Shown in pieces: positions 27,769-37,081 of a stretch of 64,000 nucleotides of DNA. A model generated the notes under the pieces. That model was not told the origin of the DNA. It did no database searches and saw only the letters and a list, made by a program, of their open reading frames with translations. Location: positions 31,856 through 95,855 of IMG/VR virus record IMGVR_UViG_3300049048_000035; one strand, written 5' to 3'. The translations under genes and the position numbers were made by a program. Source of the DNA: a virus. Lineage: Duplodnaviria; Heunggongvirae; Uroviricota; Caudoviricetes. Within the stretch, counting starts at the first letter, position 1. Each line of letters begins with the position of its first letter.

Positions 27769-28876
27769 CCTCCAATCTATTTAGGATTTCCTTCACGTCG
27801 ATCTTGTCATCACGCCAGCGGAGCATGAAAGCAAGGGTTGCATTCTCTTGCAACATCGACAGCCAATCAACTGTGATGATGTGCTGTTCCCAATCAGGCT
27901 TCAGCTTCGTCATCTTGTCAGGGTCTTCGTAGCCCCGCCAGCCAACCACCTTCTGAGGCTTAGGGTACAGGTATTGGTAGGCTTTGACAAGCCCCTCCCA
28001 AGCTTCCTTGTCAGTCTTGGCATTCTCAATATACGGAAAAGCCGTCTTGGCTCCCCATAGCTTCTTGCCAAGGCTGATACCAGCCCTCACGTTGTCTCTG
28101 CCATCATAGGCTGCATGGGCGCAGTAGTTGTCCGCATCATCCCCACTGATAATCTGCCAGTAGAGCCACATGCGACCCCTGCCGTCAGCCTCGTTCTTAG
28201 CTTCGTTCCACTTCAGCCAGCCGAACTTGTCGGCATCACGGGTGTCAATGCTATCACAAGTCTCAGGATGAATCCAGTGACCTGAACACTGTTTGTAGTC
28301 TTTATCGACAGCCGAGCAAATCAGCATGTCACTGTCACTACCAGACTGCTTCCACTTCTTGTATGCCTCGTAGGCATCAATCGAAACAGCGTCGTCAGCT
28401 TCAATGCCTCCGATGATTTTACATGCGTGGGATTTTACAAGGTATTCCTTCAGGTCGTCAAGGTGCAGGGGGCGAATAGCATTCAAGCGATTACCCTTAT
28501 ACATCATGACAGTGGAAACATCCTCTCGGAAGACTTTCCCCTTCCCGCTGTAGCCGTAGTAGCTGCTAGCGTCACAAGCATCCTTGACACGAAGAATCAT
28601 GTTCTTCAGCGTGTGCATGCAGTATTCAATCGGCTCAGGCTCTTGCACGTCGATGTAGTCAAACTCATCGGCTGTACGAGGGCTTGTCCGCCCCTGATTG
28701 TACTCTGCCAGCCAACCCCCAGCTTTCTTCTTGTAGTGCCCGTAGAAGGCTGTACGGTTGGGGAAGTCTCCGATTTCATCCCCTGTCTGTCGGTGGATAA
28801 CTCGCACATAGCGCTTCTCCCCGATTGCTCCTGCCGTGTACAGCAGTGGGTCATAGTCAAAGCAAACTTTAGTCAT
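27749..28876 (-). CDS. 5'-3' exonuclease, T7 gp6-like (FEN/PIN-like)
   Basis: Conserved blocks align with T7 gp6: GIEADDAVS (T7 GVEADDVM), VDKDYKQ (T7 CDKDFKT) and ISGDDADNY (T7 IKGDITDGY). Confidence 0.6.
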   Translation of the reverse strand: MTKVCFDYDPLLYTAGAIGEKRYVRVIHRQTGDEIGDFPNRTAFYGHYKKKAGGWLAEYNQGRTSPRTADEFDYIDVQEPEPIEYCMHTLKNMILRVKDACDASSYYGYSGKGKVFREDVSTVMMYKGNRLNAIRPLHLDDLKEYLVKSHACKIIGGIEADDAVSIDAYEAYKKWKQSGSDSDMLICSAVDKDYKQCSGHWIHPETCDSIDTRDADKFGWLKWNEAKNEADGRGRMWLYWQIISGDDADNYCAHAAYDGRDNVRAGISLGKKLWGAKTAFPYIENAKTDKEAWEGLVKAYQYLYPKPQKVVGWRGYEDPDKMTKLKPDWEQHIITVDWLSMLQENATLAFMLRWRDDKIDVKEILNRLEVEHDAA

Positions 28877-29450
28877 ATTTCTCCTTCAATACGTATGCAC
28901 TCCATTGCTCTGCCATAGCCTTTGCAATACCAGGATAGGTCATGCTTCTTAGTTTCCATCTATCTTCACCCGGAGACAGTTTCCAGATTCGACCCTCTCG
29001 CCCATCTACAATGTTTGTTGGGTGAAGCGGAGGAAGATTCTTAAGCCAGAAGCATGTTCGCTTCGTTTCTCCGTGCCCATGTTCCCAAGGCTGTACGCTG
29101 CAATCCTGCGCCCTGCCAACGATTTCCTTAGCGTATTTGTGCATGATTGGATTCTCGACAGCAATGTGGGGAATATCAGCATTAAGCAGCGTCTTGAAGA
29201 ACTCAGCACCCTCTCGCATCTTCTCCCATCGGCCTTCCTCTGTGTGAAGCCATCGGACTCCTGAATTACACAGGTATGTACATGGAGGGTGAAAGATACC
29301 AATGTCCCAGCCTTGGTCAATAATGTCTAGGACGTTGCCTTGATAGTGTGGACCGGGAACGTCCGTAGGGAGGATATCGCATGACATTGCATCATGCCCA
29401 AGTGCGATGAACGCATCACGTACTGCACCAGAATACTCACAGCCTACCAA
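28869..29450 (-). CDS. C5-cytosine methyltransferase-like protein lacking a target-recognition domain (193 aa)
   Basis: Motif I-like SGAVRDAF, motif IV-like HPPCTY (Pro-Cys), motif VI-like ENP and a motif X-like C-terminus (TYPGIAKAMAEQW). The protein is far too short for a complete MTase. Confidence 0.35.
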   Translation of the reverse strand: MVGCEYSGAVRDAFIALGHDAMSCDILPTDVPGPHYQGNVLDIIDQGWDIGIFHPPCTYLCNSGVRWLHTEEGRWEKMREGAEFFKTLLNADIPHIAVENPIMHKYAKEIVGRAQDCSVQPWEHGHGETKRTCFWLKNLPPLHPTNIVDGREGRIWKLSPGEDRWKLRSMTYPGIAKAMAEQWSAYVLKEKYD

Positions 29451-29525
29451 TACTTGTAGTTGTCTTTTCGTAATAGTTTCCTCCTAAGCGAAAAGCCCCG
29501 CCCACAGGGGCGGGGCAAGCTTCAA

Positions 29526-30473
29526 TTAAAACGGGGCGTCTGAATCGTCTTCGTCAGCCGGATCGGGCACGACAGGCTTCACAGGCTTCTTAGGGGCAGC
29601 CTTCTTAGCAGGAGCCGGGGCAGGAGCGGGAGCTTCCTCTTCAGAGGATTCACCAGCTTCCTCACGCTGAGCCTCGTAGGCTTCAATAGCCTTCTGAATC
29701 TGCGAACCTTCGTAGTCGTTGGCTTGCTTGATGATTCGGATAATGCCTGCACGAAGAACCTTAATGTCATCCACCGTGGCACCGTCGAAAGTGATAACAC
29801 GGGGCTTGACAGGAAGCTTCTTAACCGGCATCGGCTTTTCCTCACCAGTCGGCTCACCATCTTCGCCAATCTCAGGGATGCTCGGAATCGGAGAGGCACC
29901 ACGATAGTTGACGTTCTTATACGTCTTCTTCGTGCCATCGTCCATATCCTTCTCAGTCACCTTCACTTCAACCTGAGCCATGAACGGCAGACCAAGCAGC
30001 AGTTCAAGGTCAAGGGAAGCAGGGTTCTTGCGATCCTCGATAGCGATTTCCGGTCGTCCAACTGCCTTGCACAGCTTGGTAATCAGGTTGGCACCAGGCA
30101 ACATCCAAGGCTTACCTTTGATGAGTTCGCCCTTCTCAGTCTTCGGAGGCACCGTTTGGAAATTGATCCCTTGCAGCTTGCCTTGGTAGGTCTTGTTCAG
30201 ACACAGACGGTAGGGCTGTTCACCAATATCACCACCGTAATCAACCACGTCATTCACAAGGTCTGCGAAGATCGCAACTTGATGACAGGGCTTTTGAGGG
30301 CGGGTTTCACCAGTCTTCTCATCCACATAGTCTTCACGAGGCTGGGTGCCAAGGTCAACAATCAGGCTGATTCGTGCAGGACGGGGGCCATCCTTCGGAG
30401 TCGGCAGAGTGGAGTAATCGAAATCAGAACCACCAGAACGTGCAGGGATCGTCTTCTTAGGCTTAAATGCCAT
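29526..30473 (-). CDS. single-stranded DNA-binding protein (T7 gp2.5-like) with an acidic C-terminal tail
   Basis: Sits in the replisome cluster. The C-terminus ...PDPADEDDSDAPF has an acidic tail ending in aromatic Phe, typical of phage SSBs. Confidence 0.5.
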   Translation of the reverse strand: MAFKPKKTIPARSGGSDFDYSTLPTPKDGPRPARISLIVDLGTQPREDYVDEKTGETRPQKPCHQVAIFADLVNDVVDYGGDIGEQPYRLCLNKTYQGKLQGINFQTVPPKTEKGELIKGKPWMLPGANLITKLCKAVGRPEIAIEDRKNPASLDLELLLGLPFMAQVEVKVTEKDMDDGTKKTYKNVNYRGASPIPSIPEIGEDGEPTGEEKPMPVKKLPVKPRVITFDGATVDDIKVLRAGIIRIIKQANDYEGSQIQKAIEAYEAQREEAGESSEEEAPAPAPAPAKKAAPKKPVKPVVPDPADEDDSDAPF

Positions 30474-30537
30474 GTATATTTCCTTTCAGCTTAGCTTAAT
30501 GTGCGTTATATAGAACGCTTTAGTCAGAGGGCTTAGA

Positions 30538-30750
30538 TCAAGCCAGAAAAGCCTCTAGCTTATTAATAGCTGCCTTTGCTGCGACGACTTCAGCTTCACT
30601 GACTTCTGCCCGGGTGAGGGCTGCTGAAGCAACGTCACGCTGCTTGACTGCTTCAGTCTCATGCGTGGTGACGACATTCTTCAGGTCTTGAATAGTCTTA
30701 GTGAACACCGACAGAACATCGGCAGTAGTTTTCAGTTTCGTAGTAAACAT
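30538..30750 (-). CDS. hypothetical coiled-coil protein (70 aa)
   Basis: Operon context. Confidence 0.35.
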   Translation of the reverse strand: MFTTKLKTTADVLSVFTKTIQDLKNVVTTHETEAVKQRDVASAALTRAEVSEAEVVAAKAAINKLEAFLA

Positions 30751-30769
30751 AGAGGTTTCCTTCTCCTTA

Positions 30770-30806
30770 GAATCTCAAATTTGTGAATAACCCCTTCCGC
30801 AAGGGG
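30770..30806 (-). terminator. hairpin (cccctt-ccgc-aagggg); putative intra-operon terminator/attenuator
   Basis: Stem 30791-96/30801-06. On the minus strand it is followed by an A/T-rich tract. Confidence 0.35.
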
Positions 30807-30854
30807 CACTTAGATGCGTTGTGCCCGCTACCTCCGCAGAGGGCACATTGTTTG

Positions 30855-31379
30855 TCAGTCGCTGCTGTACGAACCGCTTGAGCTAGAGTCACTTGAACTG
30901 CTCCCGCTGTCATAGCTGCTGGAATAGCTAGAACGGCTGCTAGAGTCGTCATAGCTGCTGTAGCTTTCCACCTTAGCGTCCGACCAGCTTCCGCTAGCCC
31001 CGCCTCCACCAAAGTCTCCCCCGTTGCCAGAGGTAAATTTTTCCTCTAGCACTTCCCGGGTTGCGTTGTGATGACCCTGTGCTGTGGCATTCCACATTGC
31101 GAAAAGGTCAGGAGCGGGGTCAGGAACGTCCACAGGAGCCTGCGAGGGCTTGGGAGCTACACGGGTAGGCTGGGTCACAGTTTTTGGCTTAGAAGTCGTT
31201 TTAGCAGGCTCCACGGCGGCCTTCCGCAGCACAGGTAGCTGGGCTCGCTCCCGAGCGGGAGTTGGCTCCACTTCCCAAACACGCTCCGTAACGGTCTTGT
31301 ACGGGGTGAACCAAGAGAAGCTAAACAGCCGCTCCCAAAAGCCCCGTTTGACCTTCTTCGTCTTGGTCACATACCCCAT
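30855..31379 (-). CDS. hypothetical protein with a Ser/Tyr/Asp-rich low-complexity C-terminus (174 aa)
   Basis: The C-terminal 40 aa read SSYDDSSSRSSYSSSYDSGSSSSDSSSSGSYSSD. The N-terminus is basic. Confidence 0.45.
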   Translation of the reverse strand: MGYVTKTKKVKRGFWERLFSFSWFTPYKTVTERVWEVEPTPARERAQLPVLRKAAVEPAKTTSKPKTVTQPTRVAPKPSQAPVDVPDPAPDLFAMWNATAQGHHNATREVLEEKFTSGNGGDFGGGGASGSWSDAKVESYSSYDDSSSRSSYSSSYDSGSSSSDSSSSGSYSSD

Positions 31380-31663
31380 TAGATAGCTCCGCTAGCCTGA
31401 AGGGCGGCAAGACGCTCCTTGCATTCCTCGAACTTGGCATTGCAGACCAGTTGGAGGTATTGGGCGAAAGAATCAACTTCTTGCTTCAGACCTTCCTCCG
31501 TCAGATTGCCAGTGGCATCCAGCGTCAGATTCATGAGCATGGAAGACGTGACATTTGCCAGCGTGGGCAGAAGAATTGAATAACCTTCGCCAGAAGCCAA
31601 GAGGGCTTCACCAACCGTCAGGGACAGTTCCCCGACCTTTTGTGCATCAATTTGTTCCATCAT
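31379..31663 (-). CDS. hypothetical protein (94 aa)
   Basis: Operon context. Confidence 0.4.
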   Translation of the reverse strand: MMEQIDAQKVGELSLTVGEALLASGEGYSILLPTLANVTSSMLMNLTLDATGNLTEEGLKQEVDSFAQYLQLVCNAKFEECKERLAALQASGAI

Positions 31664-31746
31664 GTTACTCCTTGGTTAGTGCCGTAACACGAGGAAACGG
31701 CAATTATACAATATTTACAGATTTCTGTCAAGACTAAGTACGCTGA

Positions 31747-31965
31747 CTAAGTACGCTTGACACATTCGATTCGATTGCCGTTGCCTAGGTGGAAGACATT
31801 CCCCATCAAATCTGTGTAGTCATTAGGAATAACCTTAGCTTCTTTAAGGTTAATGACTACGTTAAGAAGCGCTCGCTTACATTGTTTCTCTGTCTCGAAC
31901 GCTTCCACCACTACACCAGGCCGTCCAAACGACATGAAGACGACGAGGGTAACGGGCAGCAACAT
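31747..31965 (-). CDS. hypothetical protein (72 aa), possible signal peptide
   Basis: N-terminus is MLLPVTLVVFMSFG. Confidence 0.35.
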   Translation of the reverse strand: MLLPVTLVVFMSFGRPGVVVEAFETEKQCKRALLNVVINLKEAKVIPNDYTDLMGNVFHLGNGNRIECVKRT

Positions 31966-32331
31966 TTAGAACTTAGTGTTATAGACGACTTGTGGGGTGC
32001 CTTGAGCATTGCGACTCAGAATGAACTTCATTCCATAGGTGCCTGCTACAGCACCAGCAATATCCCAAGTTAGGTCTTTGTAGCTAAAGCCGTAGCCCAC
32101 ACCATGCTTCTTGTAGCGTTGCTGGTCATACAGTTCTTTAGCCAACCCAACACCGATGGAGAAGGTGAGAGCCTTGACCTCGCTCTTGGTTACTGCCATA
32201 GCAGTAGCACCAATGATTGCAGAGCCAATTGCATGCTCATACTTGTCCGTGCTGTTCCACGGGTCTACAGGCTTGGCAGAAGCCCCAATAGCTGCTACAG
32301 CCAGCGTCAGTGCAATGAGTGCCTTCTTCAT
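31966..32331 (-). CDS. secreted/outer-membrane protein with signal peptide (121 aa)
   Basis: N-terminus MKKALIALTLAVAAIGASA is a Sec signal peptide. The mature part is Gly/Tyr-rich and beta-like. Confidence 0.45.
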   Translation of the reverse strand: MKKALIALTLAVAAIGASAKPVDPWNSTDKYEHAIGSAIIGATAMAVTKSEVKALTFSIGVGLAKELYDQQRYKKHGVGYGFSYKDLTWDIAGAVAGTYGMKFILSRNAQGTPQVVYNTKF

Positions 32332-32543
32332 TCCAGCGGCTCCTGCACCTTGACGTACTTGGTGTTCAGGGTTTCAAAATCACCGGTGGCTTCGTCGTGG
32401 GAGATAACCCGACTGGTTTGGACCCCGAACAGATTTGCACGGTTGCTCAGGTGAGGATGATCCAGAGTTTGATCCAGATAGGCTGATTGCCCAACTTTAA
32501 TGAATGCCTCACCAACATAATGCACTACAGGTTTAGTCATCAA
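32328..32543 (-). CDS. hypothetical protein (71 aa)
   Basis: Operon context. Confidence 0.35.
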   Translation of the reverse strand: MMTKPVVHYVGEAFIKVGQSAYLDQTLDHPHLSNRANLFGVQTSRVISHDEATGDFETLNTKYVKVQEPLE

Positions 32544-33145
32544 CCCTCCAATCGTTCAAACGCATCACATACTTCCGTCAGAAGGTCATTGAGCGTTCCA
32601 TTGTTTACAATTGTCATATCCCCTTCAACAAACTTCACACCAGCCTCGCTGACATGAGAGTTTACCTTGATGGCATCAGGTCGGAAGATATGCCACACCA
32701 CACCACCCTTGCTACGAATGAACTCAGCTTCGTTTTCAAACCGAACATCCGTCACGATGGCATGGAAACCTGCTTCATGGAATTGCTTGACTTTCTCGTA
32801 AGCAGCCAAGACCCACAGGTTCTCATTCACTTGCTGCCGGCCCCATTCAGTGCCGAGCGTCTGAGCCATCTGGCGATAGCTCTTGCCAATCCAATCAATC
32901 GTTACTTCCTTGAGCGGCCCGTTGAAGTGCCGTTCATCGAAGCCGAAGCCTGCCGCCAGCATCGCTCGGATGGGGCCAGCAAAGGCTACGGACTTGCAAG
33001 GATAGCACTGCTTCAGCATCTTTGCAACTGTGTCCTTCCCACACCTAGCAGGCCCAGCCAAGCCAATCAGCTTGGGTTCAGGAGCTAGGACTTGAGTAGG
33101 AAAGGGCCACTTGATTCGTAGGCTACTAGATTCTACTGCTTGCAT
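32540..33145 (-). CDS. deoxynucleoside monophosphate kinase (T4 gp1-like)
   Basis: P-loop GLAGPARCGKDTVAKML resembles dNMP kinase G..RSGKDT; about 200 aa. Confidence 0.55.
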   Translation of the reverse strand: MQAVESSSLRIKWPFPTQVLAPEPKLIGLAGPARCGKDTVAKMLKQCYPCKSVAFAGPIRAMLAAGFGFDERHFNGPLKEVTIDWIGKSYRQMAQTLGTEWGRQQVNENLWVLAAYEKVKQFHEAGFHAIVTDVRFENEAEFIRSKGGVVWHIFRPDAIKVNSHVSEAGVKFVEGDMTIVNNGTLNDLLTEVCDAFERLEG

Positions 33146-33163
33146 CAGCCTCCCTTCATCAAT

Positions 33164-33541
33164 TTAGAAATAATCCCGACGCAGCTTGACGGAGTTCTGA
33201 CCTTGGAATACCAGGACAACTTCGCCATAGTTGGTCACGATATGGACGTGAGACTCAATGTGGGAGAAATACCCAGTGCGGGCATCCTCTTGCACGTAAT
33301 CATCACAGAAGCAGTCAGTCACGATTGCTCCCCGCAGGTTGTACAGGTCGCCTCGGACTTCGACCAGACGGCTTCCATAAAGTTCAAAGTCAACACCGTA
33401 AACTTCGATATCAACTTCGTAGTTGTCGGCTTCAATCTCAACGATTTCCTTGCCAATCAGGTCAGAAAAACGAGTTTCAAAAATGCCCAATTCAATCTCC
33501 CCATGTCTTAGTAAAACTAATCTGTGCAGCACGCAGAGCAT
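33164..33541 (-). CDS. hypothetical protein (up to 125 aa; start uncertain)
   Basis: Operon context; overlaps the upstream ORF, so the true start may be internal. Confidence 0.3.
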   Translation of the reverse strand: MLCVLHRLVLLRHGEIELGIFETRFSDLIGKEIVEIEADNYEVDIEVYGVDFELYGSRLVEVRGDLYNLRGAIVTDCFCDDYVQEDARTGYFSHIESHVHIVTNYGEVVLVFQGQNSVKLRRDYF

Positions 33542-33740
33542 CAGTTGTAATGTCTGTGTACCCCCTTTGTCTTAGCCAGTCCAGAAGCTTCTTTGCCTTC
33601 ACCCTGCGGATATTAGCCGTAGGTGTCTTCTCCACCAACACTCCCTTTGGGAAGTCTTTGGGGAATTTGAAGACGTATGGGAAGGCCACTAGAACGTCCG
33701 TAGAGCCGCTAATGAGGGCTTCGACAGCCCCACGTACCAA
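33492..33740 (-). CDS. hypothetical protein (82 aa)
   Basis: Operon context. Confidence 0.35.
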   Translation of the reverse strand: MVRGAVEALISGSTDVLVAFPYVFKFPKDFPKGVLVEKTPTANIRRVKAKKLLDWLRQRGYTDITTDALRAAQISFTKTWGD

Positions 33741-33839
33741 CCGCTCGTAATCTTCTCGTCTAGGCTTCTTTAACGTCTTCAGGTAGGCTTTGGTAGGCTT
33801 GCCCCAGCGGGCCTTGCTTACGTCATCAATGGCACCCTC

Positions 33840-34031
33840 CTACAGAAGAACCTTTCCAGCAAGGGCTGCCAAGATAAGCAAATCCAGAGCTAGCACACAT
33901 GCAACGAAGACGCCAGCATCCCTAGTCTCAGCGTCCTGCAACATCCTGTCAACACCACAGCCCAAAGCTGCAAGCGTAAGGATGACAGCCATGAAACAAA
34001 TAGCAGCAAACATCAATGGCACTCCCCCCAA
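33840..34031 (-). CDS. small membrane protein (63 aa, 2 TM)
   Basis: Two hydrophobic helices; immediately downstream of the polymerase gene. Confidence 0.35.
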   Translation of the reverse strand: MGGVPLMFAAICFMAVILTLAALGCGVDRMLQDAETRDAGVFVACVLALDLLILAALAGKVLL

Positions 34032-36454
34032 TTCCTACCCAAAATGTAATCAGCAGCCAGTGTGACGTTCAGCTTGTAGAACTTACTTGTCTCTCTGACA
34101 GCCTCCTGAATCAACTCACCAGCCCTACACCAACCGATGTAGTGCCCTTTGTCGCTGTGTCCAATCTCAGACCAGCCCGGATTCTCAAGTTTGAAATTCT
34201 TGGCTTCTTCCTCGGTCTTGAACACTTTCCACTTGATGAGGCTCTTGTGAACCTCAAGCTGAGCTTCGTCGTGGTAGGCAATCAGTTGCTGCACGAAGGC
34301 TTTATTTTTCCAGTCTTCCCGCCAGAAGTCAACTGTAAGCCCTTCGGCTCGCATCTTTCTGTCGTGGATGACCATAGCCCGCTTAGCACAGATAACCCCT
34401 GCTGATTGGAACAGGCTGTTGATGAGGGCTGAAGCACTACGGGTTGGAATCTTGCGACCATCAATCCCGAGGATGAACTTTTTACCTCCCGTCGTCTGCC
34501 AGTATTCCTTCAGCTTCTCACCTAGAAGGGCCAAAGGCTTCGCAGCTTCCCAAAACGCTGCGTGAATTTCCGCCCCCAGTTGCTCCGAACAACCGACCGT
34601 CTTAGCCACACGCTTAGGCTGTCCACCATACGAACAGCAATATTTGACCGACTTAGCCGGAGTACGTTTGAACTCTTGCCCAATGAGAGCCGAAATCTTC
34701 GCCGCTGTAATGGTATGCACGTCATGTGGTTTCTCCCTTGTCAACGACACACAGTAGGGTTTGCCTTCTTCTGTGTCGTACTTCCAACAATAGTGAGATT
34801 CGATCATGGCTTCCAACGAGGCAAAGTCATACCCCATTTGGTAGAAGCCTTGTTCTAGGTCTGTCCCGAATAGCGCTCGCATCTTAGCGCCATACAGCGA
34901 CGTAATGCGAGGAATGTTTGCAACTAGCCTGTGCTTGAACCGAGAAGTGCCAGCGCCACAGGAATCAGCAGGAGTAGGTATTCTACCATCAACGCTAATC
35001 CGACCAGCCGCCATAAAACCTTTGCCCGCCCACTCATCGTCTTCATCATCAAGGTCATCAGGATCAAACCCACCCCCAAGGATAGAATTGCGACGATGAG
35101 CATAGGTTAGGTACTCCGATACAAGTTTAGCGTGAGGGAACTTGTCATGAAGCTTCTCCAACGCTGGGTCAATTTCCTTCTCCTGTCCAACCGTAATGCT
35201 AGGGTTGGTCAAGACCTTCATGGGACGCTTCAGGTGGTCATGCCGCAGCAGCTTCTGCAACAGGGCATTCTTATGCACCCCAATTTCATCACAACGATCC
35301 TCGCAGAACGGACTATTAAGCGTTTGCTCAACGTAGCGCTCTACAACTTCACGGTACTTCTCTTCCGAGATTTTCTGCTTCTTCGTGTCAACTGTCAAGT
35401 CCCGTTCTTTGTACTGTGTGGGCTTCCACCCTAGCTCTACAAGCCAACCCTTAATGTGGGTTGTGTCCTTAACAGTGGCTGGTTCATGGGTCTTGACAGG
35501 AACCTCAGTGCTCATCGGAAGCGTCCAACGCTTTCCGTAAAGCCCCACAGCTATAGGTTTGCCTTCCTCATCATTCTCGAATGCCCCGTCGTGCTTGGCA
35601 ACCCACTTCAGCATCACTGCTGAGACTTCCCCGTTCTTCTTGAACTGAATCTTAGGAGGGCAATACTCCTTCAGTTTACCCTTCCCCATCGGTTTAGGCG
35701 GAATCAGAGGCTCAACAATCTGTCGAATCTCTTCCATCTTAGCGTCCAGTTCTCGGACGTTTTCTACGGCAAGCTCAGAGTTGAACCAGAAGCCTCTGTG
35801 GCTCTGCCTGGTGATGACCTCACGGGTTGCTTGCTCAAGCGAGAACGGCCCCTCCCAAGCCCAGCTTCCCCATTCCTCCATCAGCTTCAGGTACGTGTGT
35901 ACGTTGACCAACGTATCCTGTCCGCAGTATTCACCCATGCGAGGGTGCCACTTTTGGAACTCTGCACCCTTGGGTGCATGATGGCTTGTCAGCCCTAGCT
36001 CAATTGCTTCCTTACGCCAATCCGTCTTAGGGAATCCTGTTCGAACACCCCATTCTTCTAGGGAGTGTCCACCGTAGCGGTCTGGATTCAGCGTCTTAGA
36101 GAGAACCAGCGTATCAACAATCCGCACCTTGCGTCCGTTGATGGTGCAATTATAGCTGTTGAACTCATCAATCTCGTATTCGAACTTACCCGGATACTTC
36201 AGCTTGAGAGCCAGGAAGTCGTAATCAATTCCGTTGTGAGCTACAAGCTCTGTGATATGAGGCAGGCGTTCGTCTAGGAATCGCTCAACTTCATCTTCCC
36301 CGATGTAGGCTATAACTTGGTCGGGGTTGTCAATGTCCCGCTCGTACAAGCACCAAATCTTGAAGTAAGGAGTGGCACGGTACGGAGAGGCATTATAGTC
36401 GATTGTTCGTTCGTTTAGAAGGTCGTTACCTTCAATGTCAATTACTCTCCGCAT
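34013..36454 (-). CDS. family A DNA polymerase (T7 gp5-like) with an N-terminal 3'-5' exonuclease domain
   Basis: 813 aa. Exo I motif DIE near the N-terminus (MRRVIDIEGNDL). The overall layout and conserved blocks of Pol I-like phage polymerases are present. Confidence 0.85.
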   Translation of the reverse strand: MRRVIDIEGNDLLNERTIDYNASPYRATPYFKIWCLYERDIDNPDQVIAYIGEDEVERFLDERLPHITELVAHNGIDYDFLALKLKYPGKFEYEIDEFNSYNCTINGRKVRIVDTLVLSKTLNPDRYGGHSLEEWGVRTGFPKTDWRKEAIELGLTSHHAPKGAEFQKWHPRMGEYCGQDTLVNVHTYLKLMEEWGSWAWEGPFSLEQATREVITRQSHRGFWFNSELAVENVRELDAKMEEIRQIVEPLIPPKPMGKGKLKEYCPPKIQFKKNGEVSAVMLKWVAKHDGAFENDEEGKPIAVGLYGKRWTLPMSTEVPVKTHEPATVKDTTHIKGWLVELGWKPTQYKERDLTVDTKKQKISEEKYREVVERYVEQTLNSPFCEDRCDEIGVHKNALLQKLLRHDHLKRPMKVLTNPSITVGQEKEIDPALEKLHDKFPHAKLVSEYLTYAHRRNSILGGGFDPDDLDDEDDEWAGKGFMAAGRISVDGRIPTPADSCGAGTSRFKHRLVANIPRITSLYGAKMRALFGTDLEQGFYQMGYDFASLEAMIESHYCWKYDTEEGKPYCVSLTREKPHDVHTITAAKISALIGQEFKRTPAKSVKYCCSYGGQPKRVAKTVGCSEQLGAEIHAAFWEAAKPLALLGEKLKEYWQTTGGKKFILGIDGRKIPTRSASALINSLFQSAGVICAKRAMVIHDRKMRAEGLTVDFWREDWKNKAFVQQLIAYHDEAQLEVHKSLIKWKVFKTEEEAKNFKLENPGWSEIGHSDKGHYIGWCRAGELIQEAVRETSKFYKLNVTLAADYILGRNWGECH

Positions 36455-36463
36455 CCTTCTCCT

Positions 36464-36826
36464 TCAAGGGTAAATGATCTTCTTCCCAACGATTACAGCC
36501 TTGGGAGTGTTTAGCTTGTCCACGTAATCCATCATTTGCTCAAGCTCAGACTTCTTGCTGATAACCCGCCAGTGGAACTGAATGAACATTTGATTGGCAT
36601 GGTCCCGCTTTTCTTCATCAGTGTCATGGACGATGCTGTAATGGATGGTCCCATCCGACCACTCTGTCTCCTGAATCCTGTAAGGTCCATCATACTTAGA
36701 TTTCCGGGTTTCAGGCTTTGCAGCTTCTTCCTCGGCTACCTTTTCTTCCTTAGCTGCCTTTGTAGCAGCAATTTCCTCAGAGAAAATGTCTTCCGGTGTA
36801 AACAGCTTCTTCAAAAATTCCAGCAA
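36464..36826 (-). CDS. hypothetical protein (120 aa)
   Basis: Operon context. Confidence 0.4.
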   Translation of the reverse strand: MLEFLKKLFTPEDIFSEEIAATKAAKEEKVAEEEAAKPETRKSKYDGPYRIQETEWSDGTIHYSIVHDTDEEKRDHANQMFIQFHWRVISKKSELEQMMDYVDKLNTPKAVIVGKKIIYP

Positions 36827-36868
36827 TTTCCCTCCCTTCTAAAGTTTTCCAAACTGATTTGCCAGATT

Positions 36869-37081
36869 TTAGGCAATCATTGATTCCCGTCCTTGGCTGT
36901 ATGTAGCCTCCATTATAGCAACTTCCACAACAGATAGCCAGCGAACGAAATGCTCATGGAAGTACAGTGCCCAGCGGTCGCCGTCCATCTTCTTCATCAG
37001 GCGCACACTGAACCAAATACTTCCAACCTTTACCTTAAAGTCTTTCAAGCAATTGTCCCCTCGTCCCGGGCGTTCTGGCAA
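36869..37081 (-). CDS. hypothetical protein (70 aa)
   Basis: Operon context. Confidence 0.3.
   Translation of the reverse strand: MPERPGRGDNCLKDFKVKVGSIWFSVRLMKKMDGDRWALYFHEHFVRWLSVVEVAIMEATYSQGRESMIA

Noticed and set aside
29724-30494. 256-aa plus-strand ORF
   Set aside because: Antisense to the SSB gene.
33164-33740. Possible longer fused reading of ORFs 33164..33541 and 33492..33740
   Set aside because: They are in different frames with a 50-nt overlap and no slippery sequence was seen. Kept as two separate low-confidence CDS with uncertain starts.
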